NCBI GenBank assembly: GCA_045597865.1
Contig: JAZLKX010000025.1
Location: forward strand, 96,001-160,000
DNA length: 64,000 nt
Direction: 5' to 3'
Source: Bacilli bacterium
Lineage (GTDB): Bacteria; Bacillota_I; Bacilli_A; RFN20; CAG-826
Below, one piece after another: positions 56,201-64,000 of this stretch. Below the pieces are notes generated by a model that had not been told where the DNA came from, searched no databases, and saw nothing but the letters and a program-made list of their open reading frames with translations. Every line of letters begins with the position of its first letter. Position 1 is the first letter of the stretch. A program made the position numbers and the translations under genes.

Positions 56201-56356
56201 GCTCAACGTTTCACACCAGAACAACAAGCAGAACATCCAGAATACAAGACTCCATTTAACACTGGTAAATATGGTGTCTATTACGAATTCGAAATTTATT
56301 ATTCAATTAAAATTGAAGATACATTTAGCGAAAACTTTGTTACTGTTAGCATGTAA
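53300..56356 (+). CDS. oppA: large OppA-like peptide-binding lipoprotein with N-terminal Ig-like domain
   Basis: Lipobox LAGC, SSNPSVASVD, VTIDD, GPFTLSKWEKNQQIVFDRN, YSIDR; context of oppBCDF. Confidence 0.7.
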   Translation: MKKGKLLKTSIVLALAGVGAASCLAGCGKEDPKAEVAFAFSIGLRSGKNEFRVGQTDQIVVYDNGGKDSANRSYKYYSSNPSVASVDENTGAVSFNSPGNDVSFYVKESKVSNPAQLVKPVNVIANNVGNADGGFNFASASGDAAIAKRTEILGKLEKYTMDSHLTGITLFDNGGLVRYSDRVVLPTGGKYVTGYGFGLLTEGSLDPSKPLTGTDGQKNKDYLHSAIAQDSLKINQYTATGSQVSDLASYITSTYWGTKLKGLGYEWTPVLAADEVYPVSVAADGSVSLDKSKKVPNSEPIPMEPENDLKMYKKWRIYVKTDGDVNGSVLKFHQKVVSGDSVVAGPLDNVPVTIDDYIFPYKMLLTGSNAVIRGTEMANDSSYGIKGAARYFSDTKSELNIDKINEKWNTAVSGNKLGIHSGSDENGAYLDIELINAIDSFTAMYTLSSSLVSPLPQKMFIGADAVVPNDFKKSATYYGTFNNGANNDILKYTVSCGPFTLSKWEKNQQIVFDRNDDWFEYKKPDGTLTGRYNIPGIYYRVIDVSQNPEKTWDQFEEGNLDSVGVPIKKVAEWKGKPGIYETEGDSTFKLNVNSCTQEQWNEKFGPNGSISANSNWDIKPWMSNANFLDGLFYSIDRKQFADKRGVKPSINYFSDSYMADPQKGISYNSTQAHKDAVKGYETIDENGISDYGYDFDKALSCFRNAVKQLSDANKIALGTKENPTEIHIHIRWMYQTDIKEYGEDIKFYFEKAFNDDAVCGGKVKLVVDQDAVTNWEDVYNEWMMKGQFDLGFGAISGNTFNPLNFMEVLKSDNSSSFTLNWGADTGKIDPLHPIVYDDGKGAKEWSFDGLWEVADHGGILSKGVKVEPVKSARVDIDCFTRGGEMIENGDLYSGAFDLSLPIEFVKFGSGDSDIFDINRVDAYIVGKGNTTLGEKSEGTLTYDKANKKIIIHVSDQMAKDINDDIISAQRFTPEQQAEHPEYKTPFNTGKYGVYYEFEIYYSIKIEDTFSENFVTVSM

Positions 56357-56373
56357 TTAAGGAGGGCAATGTT

Positions 56374-57570
56374 ATGAAAAAGAATTTACTTAAAGTTGTA
56401 ACAGGTGCTCTTAGTGTTTTCGCTCTTGCTTCATGCGGCAATAACATTCCAAAAACTGAAGACAAGTCATTTCCAGGTGTAGGTTATTCTGATAAAGATT
56501 ATGTCGGTGTCTATGAATTAAACAAATGTTTATTCCTTGGCGAAACCGGACAAATCGATCTTGACTATATGCCTGAAAGTTATGGTCCAAAAATCAAATA
56601 CGAATCTTTAGACAAGAACATTGTTGAAGTTTCCGACATTGGAGTATTAACTCCAGTTAAAGAAGGCTTAACAGTTGTTCTTGTTAAAGACGACGCTGAT
56701 AAAGTCATTGGTAAAGTCAATGTTCTTGTTGCAAAAGACGATGAAACAAATGCTGTTAATACTATTAATAGTATTAAAGCAGCATATACTGGCGCAGGTT
56801 ATACAGCTCCAAAACAAGCTCATAAAATTGAATATTCTTACGAGAAATATTTCAAAGATGGCGTTGAACACCATGGTTATACTTCTTATGAAGAAATGTA
56901 CTATGATAGATCAAAAGGCATCTTTATGGTTGGCGGTGACGACATCATGACTTATACAAGTAATGGTGCAAGAGAAGTCGCTTCTGGCTATTGGCATTTC
57001 CAAGTTCTTGGCATGAAAACAAGAATGGTTCACGTTACAAACACCGTTAGAAATTATTACGATTTCAACTCAGCTGACTACGGAATGTCAAAATACAAAG
57101 TTATTGAAGATATTCTCGACATGTTCTTTGTTTCTGGAAAGAAAATTGCTAATGATTTACTTTCAGATTTCTCAGGAAAAGAATATTTCTTAGCTTATTG
57201 TGATTTCTATCCAAAAGACGAAGAAATTAAGTGCTACGCAGATGATGAAAATAACCTTTCAATGCAACTTGCTTTCACAGATGATGAAGGTGTTGTTGAT
57301 GTCGAAGATGAGCTTCAATATTTAGATATGTATGAAGGCACTCCATACTTCGAAACTGATAAAATTTCATATATATATGAAAGTAACAAATGTATCGGTT
57401 CTGATATCTATGCAACTTACGATTACACACAAGACGAAAGTATGTGGCAAAGACAATTCTATAGATCAATGAGATTTGACAATGAATATGAACCAGAAAG
57501 TTTTGATTTTTCTGACAAAGAAATGAAAGACGCTGGCTACTTCAAAGTCGATACAATGTTTGATTTATAA
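56374..57570 (+). CDS. lipoprotein with Big_2-like domain
   Basis: RBS AGGAGG, lipobox LASC, YESLDKNIVEVSDIG. Confidence 0.75.
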   Translation: MKKNLLKVVTGALSVFALASCGNNIPKTEDKSFPGVGYSDKDYVGVYELNKCLFLGETGQIDLDYMPESYGPKIKYESLDKNIVEVSDIGVLTPVKEGLTVVLVKDDADKVIGKVNVLVAKDDETNAVNTINSIKAAYTGAGYTAPKQAHKIEYSYEKYFKDGVEHHGYTSYEEMYYDRSKGIFMVGGDDIMTYTSNGAREVASGYWHFQVLGMKTRMVHVTNTVRNYYDFNSADYGMSKYKVIEDILDMFFVSGKKIANDLLSDFSGKEYFLAYCDFYPKDEEIKCYADDENNLSMQLAFTDDEGVVDVEDELQYLDMYEGTPYFETDKISYIYESNKCIGSDIYATYDYTQDESMWQRQFYRSMRFDNEYEPESFDFSDKEMKDAGYFKVDTMFDL

Positions 57571-57586
57571 TTCGAATAATTTATTC

Positions 57587-57622
57587 AAAAAGGTGGTGGA
57601 TTAAAATTCACCATCTTTTTTT
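57587..57622 (+). terminator. intrinsic terminator
   Basis: AAAAAGGTGGTG/CACCATCTTTTT. Confidence 0.8.
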
Positions 57623-57636
57623 ATAAAAATAAAATG

Positions 57637-57665
57637 TTGATATAGGAAATGTATTTTTATATAAT
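57637..57665 (+). promoter_or_regulatory. sigmaA promoter of oppBCDF
   Basis: TTGATA-N17-TATAAT. Confidence 0.65.
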
Positions 57666-57718
57666 ATAAAAGCGTTTTGCGAAACGTAAAAAGAAACCGA
57701 GGTTTTTTAAAAGTCTAA

Positions 57719-58768
57719 ATGTTAAAGTACTCTATTAAGAGAATTATATTAGCTTTAGTGACAGCGTTCATTATTTTAACGCTTACTTTTTTCCTCGTTA
57801 AATCACTTCCACCTAGAGGTGTTGTTTCACCAGATGCAAACGTTAGATATGCCTTCTATCTTGACCAATTAGATTTAGGCTACGTAGTAGATATGCCGGT
57901 TGAACATCCAGAACTTGGCAAGTTACTTGAACACTTCCACTTCGATGTTGATCATAGTGACCATTATTTCTACACAAAACCAATCTTAGATCAATATGGT
58001 GCATGGCTTACAAACATTGTTACAAAGTGGGACTGGGGTAGATCAACTGTTATCGAACCTAACTCATCCGCTATTCATATTATCTTTGAAAGATTACCGA
58101 CATCATTCTCGGTTAATATTATTTCCGTTATTATTTCCGTTCCATTAGGAATTTTCTTTGGTATTATCGCAGGACTTAAGAAGAACACTTGGTTAGACCA
58201 TACTATTTCAACATTAGTTATGATCTTCATTTCTATTCCATCCTTCGTTATTATCATTTTCTTAGTTTATTTACTTGGTATTAAGGCTGGACTTCCAACC
58301 TTGTGGCCAACAAACGATGCTGCTTCAGGAACTAAAGCCCTGGGTTATATTATTCCAGTTCTTTCACTTTCCTTTGGCTCTGTTTGTGGTTACACCCGTT
58401 TCGTTCGTGCTGAACTTTGTGAAGTTATGTCTTCAGAGTATTTATTGCTCGCAAGAACAAAAGGTTTAACAAAGAACCAAGCAATTACAAGACATGCTTT
58501 AAGAAATGCCTTTGTTCCAATTCTTCCATCAATTTTGGCTGAATTCATTGGTGTTTTCTCTGGAAGTATGATTCTTGAATCAATTTATGATATTCCAGGT
58601 ATTGGTAATATTTATATTAGAGCTCTTAACCAATCCAACCCAGACTACAACGTCTTAATGGTTGATATGGCTGTTTTCACAACCGTTGGTTTACTCGCAG
58701 GTATTATCCTTGACCTTTCATATGGATTTATTGATCCTCGTATTAGAATGGGAGAAAAGAATAGTTAA
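57719..58768 (+). CDS. oppB: oligopeptide ABC permease
   Basis: MLKYSIKRI, ISIPSF, EAA loop YLLLARTKGL..HALRNA, DPRIR. Confidence 0.93.
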   Translation: MLKYSIKRIILALVTAFIILTLTFFLVKSLPPRGVVSPDANVRYAFYLDQLDLGYVVDMPVEHPELGKLLEHFHFDVDHSDHYFYTKPILDQYGAWLTNIVTKWDWGRSTVIEPNSSAIHIIFERLPTSFSVNIISVIISVPLGIFFGIIAGLKKNTWLDHTISTLVMIFISIPSFVIIIFLVYLLGIKAGLPTLWPTNDAASGTKALGYIIPVLSLSFGSVCGYTRFVRAELCEVMSSEYLLLARTKGLTKNQAITRHALRNAFVPILPSILAEFIGVFSGSMILESIYDIPGIGNIYIRALNQSNPDYNVLMVDMAVFTTVGLLAGIILDLSYGFIDPRIRMGEKNS

Positions 58769-58770
58769 TT

Positions 58771-60876
58771 ATGGCTAACGAAAAAGACGAATTTAACTTA
58801 AAAAACTTGCCTCCTGAGGTTAATGATCCAGAAATCTCCAAGGACGATTTTAAGCTTGTCCAAGTAGATGCTAAGATTCATGATCAAAAGTTCCAAACAA
58901 AGCCAACAACTTTCATTAAGGACTGTTTCAAGAGATTCTGCAAGAATAAATCAAGCGTTGTCGCTACATTTATCCTTGGTCTTTTACTCGTATTATCTGT
59001 TTTAGTTCCTATTATTGGCAAAACAAGTGAAGTTCATGAGACAAGTGGCTCACACCCAACAAACTATTACCTTGAACCAAAATTATTCAATGCTGGTTCA
59101 GGATTCTGGGATGGAACAAAACAATTAGTAGATATTCCAGTTAACCCTGAAACAGGTTATCCATCTGCTGACGATTATGTTAGAGGTGCTATTTCAGATC
59201 TTAAGATTGGTGAAGAACAATACACCAAGAATGCTACAGCATTCGGTAAAGATGGTTATGTCCAATTTGGTTATTACCAATCTATGCAAGCACCAGTAAC
59301 TGATGAAGATGGCAATGTTAAAAATGGTTACATTGCAATGGGTGGATTAAAAGAAATTCCAAAATACGATTTCGACTCAACCTTAAAGATTACAAACTTT
59401 GATGTTTATGATGAAGCTAAGTTACAAGCCTCAGATGAGAAAATAAAAGTTTTCCCAGAAGGATATCATGCTGGTAAAGCAGCTTTATTCCTTAAATTTG
59501 AAAAAGATGCTAAATCATATGAAATTGCATTAACTGATTATAAATCAGTTCATAACATCGGTTTAGGTGAAGATGCAATCAATGTTTCAAGTGTTTTTGC
59601 AAGCTTCTATGAAGAACACGCTATTGAAAAGAGCTGGACCAACAAAGTTGTTGATAAACCATCCATTCAAATTAGAGTTCTTAACGAAAATACAAAGGAT
59701 TCCGGAAAGAATACTTGTGTTTTAGTCAAGTCAATTAAGATTGAAGCTTTAGGAACAAATTCAGAGTTATTTAATGCTCTTTCATTTGATAACGGTACTC
59801 TTTGTATGAACCGTAGCGTTAAAAACGATGGAATGTGGGAAAATAAATCTGATATTCTCTTCTCTCGTCTTGGCGCTTACCTTTCAAAAGCTGTCCTTTG
59901 TTCATTCACATATGATACATATGAAGCAGCTTTAGGAACCGATGCAGTTGACGTCTTCATTTCTGATATTGAGAAGTGGGTTGAAGCTGGTTATCTTGAA
60001 TACGATTCAGGAATTATGCCAGGTGGATTAGTCATTCCAGGAATGTTTAAGTGCAACATTCTTGATGAAGGTAAATGTCCTCTTGCAGAACCATTTACTC
60101 AAGAAGATTTAGTTTATGATAAGGCAACTGGTCGTGTTAGCAAAGTACACGCCAAAGTTATGAAATACAAGACCTTATTTGGTCTTGAAAAGATGCCAGT
60201 CTTCCTTATGGGAACTGACCAAACTGGTAGAGATATGTTCATTTATGTCTTTGAAGGCTTAAGAACATCACTTTTACTTGGTATTGCTACAACAGTTATT
60301 TGTTTCTTATTCGGATTACTTTGGGGTTCAGTCTCAGGTTACTTCGGTGGAAACGTTGACTTAGTCATGGAAAGATTTACTGATATTCTTGCCGGTATTC
60401 CATGGATTGTTGTTATGACATTAACAATCATTCACTTAGGATCTAACTTTATTACATTTGCATTAGCACTTTGTTTAACAGGTTGGATTGGAACGGCCGC
60501 TACAACAAGAACACAGTTCTATAGATTTAGAGGTAGAGAATACGTTCTCGCTTCACGTACACTTGGCGCTTCTCATGGTAGACTTATCGCCAAACACATC
60601 TTACCAAATGCTATGGGTACAATTATTACTTCAGCAGTCTTAATGGTCCCATCTGTTATCTTTAGCGAAGCTACAATCTCATATTTAGGCTTAGGCTTTA
60701 AAAACTTAGCTTCACTTGGTGTTATTCTTTCTGATAATCAGATTGAGTTAACTAACCACCCATATCTTTTGATATTCCCATCAATCATTATCGCATTACT
60801 TATGATTTCATTTAACTTATTCGGAAACGGCTTAAGAGACGCTGTTAACCCAAGTTTGAAAGGAGAAGGTGAATAA
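58771..60876 (+). CDS. oppC: oligopeptide ABC permease with ~370-aa extracellular insertion
   Basis: RFCKNKSSV, MGTDQTGRD, EYVLASRTLGA..HILPN, GNGLRDA. Confidence 0.9.
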   Translation: MANEKDEFNLKNLPPEVNDPEISKDDFKLVQVDAKIHDQKFQTKPTTFIKDCFKRFCKNKSSVVATFILGLLLVLSVLVPIIGKTSEVHETSGSHPTNYYLEPKLFNAGSGFWDGTKQLVDIPVNPETGYPSADDYVRGAISDLKIGEEQYTKNATAFGKDGYVQFGYYQSMQAPVTDEDGNVKNGYIAMGGLKEIPKYDFDSTLKITNFDVYDEAKLQASDEKIKVFPEGYHAGKAALFLKFEKDAKSYEIALTDYKSVHNIGLGEDAINVSSVFASFYEEHAIEKSWTNKVVDKPSIQIRVLNENTKDSGKNTCVLVKSIKIEALGTNSELFNALSFDNGTLCMNRSVKNDGMWENKSDILFSRLGAYLSKAVLCSFTYDTYEAALGTDAVDVFISDIEKWVEAGYLEYDSGIMPGGLVIPGMFKCNILDEGKCPLAEPFTQEDLVYDKATGRVSKVHAKVMKYKTLFGLEKMPVFLMGTDQTGRDMFIYVFEGLRTSLLLGIATTVICFLFGLLWGSVSGYFGGNVDLVMERFTDILAGIPWIVVMTLTIIHLGSNFITFALALCLTGWIGTAATTRTQFYRFRGREYVLASRTLGASHGRLIAKHILPNAMGTIITSAVLMVPSVIFSEATISYLGLGFKNLASLGVILSDNQIELTNHPYLLIFPSIIIALLMISFNLFGNGLRDAVNPSLKGEGE

Positions 60877-60877
60877 T

Positions 60878-62641
60878 ATGGAAAACGAAAATAAACAACC
60901 ATTATTATCGGTTAAAAACCTTAGAATTCATTTCTCTACAGACCATGGTTATGTTCAAGCTGTTAGAGGCGTTTCCTTTGACTTATACAAGGGCGAAACC
61001 CTTTGTATTGTCGGTGAATCAGGTTCAGGTAAATCAGTCACTAATAAAGCCATCATGGGTATTTTAGCTGCCAACGGTAGAATTGTTGACGGTTCCATCA
61101 TGTATGAAGGTGAAGATTTAACCAAAGTTTCTGAAGATGAATTCCATAGAATTCGTGGTCATAAGATTGGAATGATCTTCCAAGATCCACTTTCAAGCTT
61201 AAACCCAATCATGAGAATCGGTAAACAAATTACCGAAGCTATGCTTATCAACGCTTCACGTACAAAGAAAATGTACAATGATTTAGTTGTTGATGAACTT
61301 GTTGAATACAAAAATGCAAAGACAGAACTTAAGACTGGTCTTGCAAAGTATAAAGAAAACGTTAAGTTCTTAAAATCTGAGAAGAAAAAACAAATCAATC
61401 AAGCTAAGAATAGAGTCTCCAATGAAATTGAAGGCCGTAAGTATGGCTTAAAACGTGAACTTGGCGCAGATAAATTTGCAATTAATGATAAGTACAATAC
61501 TTTAATTGAACAAGTTAAAGGAAGCCCAAGTGAAATTGCAAGACTTGAAGCTGAAAGAAAAGAAGCTTTAGATAAAGTTATTGCAGAAAACAATACCAAA
61601 GTAAGCGAAGCTTTAGCAGATAAGGCTGAATTAAAAGCTGAAGCAGATGCTAAGGTTCTTGAACTTTCTAATAAGTTTGATTCTGAAATTGCCGAACTCA
61701 AACTTGAGTCTAAAAAAGCAATTGCAGAACTCAAAGCAAAATATAAACCAATCATTAAAGATGCTAAGGAAAAATTCAAAGCAAAATCTAAGGTTGCAAA
61801 GGTTGAAGTTAAAAACTTCAAAAAGTCCTTAAAAGACAAATATCGCCAGGAAATCGCTGATATTTTTGAAAAAATTGGTCAAAGCGAAGCTAAATTCTCA
61901 GTTAAGTCTAAACGTCTCCGCTTAGAATATAAGGCTGCACATGATAGATATATTTCTTCCTTAAGAATTACAAAGGCTGAAGCAAAAGCTAAGGCTTTAA
62001 AGATTATGGAAGAAGTTGGTATTAAAGATCCTGAAAAACGTTATAGACAATATCCATTTGAGTTCTCAGGTGGTATGAGACAACGTATTGTTATTGCTAT
62101 TGCATTAACAGCAGATCCAGACATCTTAATTTGTGATGAACCAACAACTGCTCTTGACGTTACAATTCAAGCTCAAATCCTTGAACTTATTAATAATTTA
62201 AAGAAAGAAAGACAACTCTCTTGTATTTTCATTACTCACGACTTAGGCGTTGTTGCTAACATGGCCGATAGAGTCGCAGTTATGTATGCAGGTAAGATTG
62301 TTGAATATGGAACAGAAGAAGAAATCTTCTATGATCCAAAACACCCATACACTTGGGCTTTACTTTCCTCAATCCCAGATGTTGACTCAAACGAAAAACT
62401 TGAGGCAATTCCAGGAACCCCTCCAAATATGATTTATCCACCAGTAGGTGATGCATTTGCTTTACGTAGTAAATACGCAATGGCAATTGACTTTAAGAAG
62501 GAACCACCTTTCTTTAAGGTTAGCGATACTCACTATGCTGCAACTTGGTTACTTGATCCAAGAGCACCAAAAGTTGAGATGCCAAAGATTGTCAAAACTC
62601 GTATTGAAAACTCCTTAAAAGCAAGGAAAGGAGGAAAATAA
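60878..62641 (+). CDS. oppD: oligopeptide ABC ATPase with long coiled-coil insertion
   Basis: [51 protein letters not shown]. Confidence 0.93.
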   Translation: MENENKQPLLSVKNLRIHFSTDHGYVQAVRGVSFDLYKGETLCIVGESGSGKSVTNKAIMGILAANGRIVDGSIMYEGEDLTKVSEDEFHRIRGHKIGMIFQDPLSSLNPIMRIGKQITEAMLINASRTKKMYNDLVVDELVEYKNAKTELKTGLAKYKENVKFLKSEKKKQINQAKNRVSNEIEGRKYGLKRELGADKFAINDKYNTLIEQVKGSPSEIARLEAERKEALDKVIAENNTKVSEALADKAELKAEADAKVLELSNKFDSEIAELKLESKKAIAELKAKYKPIIKDAKEKFKAKSKVAKVEVKNFKKSLKDKYRQEIADIFEKIGQSEAKFSVKSKRLRLEYKAAHDRYISSLRITKAEAKAKALKIMEEVGIKDPEKRYRQYPFEFSGGMRQRIVIAIALTADPDILICDEPTTALDVTIQAQILELINNLKKERQLSCIFITHDLGVVANMADRVAVMYAGKIVEYGTEEEIFYDPKHPYTWALLSSIPDVDSNEKLEAIPGTPPNMIYPPVGDAFALRSKYAMAIDFKKEPPFFKVSDTHYAATWLLDPRAPKVEMPKIVKTRIENSLKARKGGK

Positions 62642-62643
62642 TC

Positions 62644-64000
62644 ATGGCAAGAAAAGTTACTTTTAAACAAGAATATGTTGATAACAATATTGAACTTTCA
62701 GTTCACCATTTAAAACAATTCTTTAAATTTGGTCATGGTGCAAACTCCTTAAAGACAAAAGCTGTTCATGACGTTTCCTTTGATATTAAAAAAGGCGAAT
62801 GTTTTGGTCTTGTTGGCGAATCTGGTTGTGGTAAAACCACAACAGGACGTTCTCTTATTCGTCTTTATCACATCACTTCAGGTTCTGTTTACTTTGAAGG
62901 TTATAGAATCAGTGCAGGTAAAAGATGGAACGAAAAAGAAATCAAATGGTCCAAGATTAAAGGAAACAACAAGATTAAAGCTCTTGAACATAAAGAAAAA
63001 GAAGAAATCTTCTTCGCATCTATTGATGATACTTATGAAGCTGAACTTAGAGAACTTTATGCTAAGAAAGCTGCTTTATATGAAGAACTTGCTCAATTAA
63101 AAGTTAATTATGACCAAGCTTTGCTTGGAATTGAAGGAATTGAAGACTTTGAAGAAGCGGATAGACAAAAATCTGAAATCAAAAATAAATACAAAGTTGA
63201 GTCAAAGAAACTTCAAGATGATATTAATGAAAACAAACGTTTAGTTAAGGCTAAGAAAGTTGAAGCTTTAATGCATAGAGATGATTCTAATTTAGCTCAA
63301 TTAACTGAAGAAATTCATGCTAAATACGAACCTCAAATTAGAGAAATTAAGGAACATATTGAAAAAACTAAAAAAGAGCAAAAAGAAATCATTAAACAAA
63401 TCAACTACGATAATAAACACGTTGATAAGAAACTCATGAGCAAAATGCAAATGATTTTCCAAGATCCAGTTGATTCTCTTGACCCAAGAATGACAGTCGA
63501 AGACATCATTCAAGAAGGCTTACATATCCAAGGTCAACACAACAAGTTTGCTAATAGCAAAAAAGTTGCAGAAGTCCTTGAAAAAGTTGGTTTAATTCCA
63601 GAATATGCTTCTCGTTATCCACACGAGTTCAGTGGTGGTCAAAGACAAAGAATTGGTATTGCTCGTGCACTTGTTATGAATCCTTCATTCTTAATCTGTG
63701 ACGAACCAATTTCCGCTCTTGACGTTTCAATTCGTGCTCAAATTATTAACCTTCTTAATGACTTAAAAGAAGAAATGGGCTTAACAATTATGTTTATTGC
63801 TCACGACTTATCAGTCGTTAAGTATTTCTGTGATAGAATCGCAGTTATGTATTTTGGTGAGATGGTTGAGCTTGCAACAAGTGAAGAATTATTTAAACAT
63901 CCTTTACACCCATATTCACAAGCATTATTGTCCGCAATTCCAAAACCTGATCCACTTACTGAAAAGACCAGAAAAAGAATTGTGTATAATCCAAAAACAG
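62644..64000 (+). CDS. oppF: oligopeptide ABC ATPase with coiled-coil insertion, 3'-truncated by window edge
   Basis: RBS AGGAGG, MARKVTF.., [36 protein letters not shown]; absent from ORF track because no stop is reached. Confidence 0.92.
   Translation, partial: MARKVTFKQEYVDNNIELSVHHLKQFFKFGHGANSLKTKAVHDVSFDIKKGECFGLVGESGCGKTTTGRSLIRLYHITSGSVYFEGYRISAGKRWNEKEIKWSKIKGNNKIKALEHKEKEEIFFASIDDTYEAELRELYAKKAALYEELAQLKVNYDQALLGIEGIEDFEEADRQKSEIKNKYKVESKKLQDDINENKRLVKAKKVEALMHRDDSNLAQLTEEIHAKYEPQIREIKEHIEKTKKEQKEIIKQINYDNKHVDKKLMSKMQMIFQDPVDSLDPRMTVEDIIQEGLHIQGQHNKFANSKKVAEVLEKVGLIPEYASRYPHEFSGGQRQRIGIARALVMNPSFLICDEPISALDVSIRAQIINLLNDLKEEMGLTIMFIAHDLSVVKYFCDRIAVMYFGEMVELATSEELFKHPLHPYSQALLSAIPKPDPLTEKTRKRIVYNPKT

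Noticed and set aside
57667-57680. cre site at the oppB promoter
   Set aside because: Only the AAGCGTTT core matches; three consensus mismatches at the ends

Overview
AT-rich, standard-code (TGA = stop, TGG = Trp) chromosome segment. The gene content (RNase HIII, MutS2, many lipoproteins, TM-anchored rather than LPXTG surface proteins, Opp ATPases with long coiled-coil inserts) suggests a reduced-genome, Mollicutes-like member of the Bacilli; this taxonomy is inference. Layout: core genes lspA-rluD, rnhC, mutS2-uvrC and tRNA-Arg(UCU) (1-7.3 kb). An accessory, defence-like island follows the tRNA (7.3-23.3 kb): tandem NUMOD1 protein, a ~1960-aa Ig-repeat surface protein, small peptides interleaved with two 3-TM proteins, a GIY-YIG-like protein, dGTPase, Fic, an AAA+/DUF4143 ATPase and much repeat-rich non-coding DNA. 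Then come an amino-acid ABC transporter, lipoproteins, a WYL protein, a PP2C sensor, an EAL protein, a SipW/TasA-like operon and a subtilase-Opp proteolytic locus that runs off the end. Best candidates for undescribed biology: (1) an array of four full and one partial copy of a ~100-bp structured element at 19.1-23.3 kb, each followed by its own operator-like repeats and a variable cargo; (2) a SipW-processed TasA-like fibre operon whose subunits carry starch-binding modules, with a cre-like operator and a divergent EAL gene; (3) a (CTT)9 tract forming the -35/-10 spacer of the giant surface-protein promoter; (4) unannotated peptides sharing GGNGTExR that flank a 3-TM protein; (5) three tiny promoter-hairpin-terminator units around an orphan ORF. 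All family assignments come from motifs read by eye; no database searches were run.
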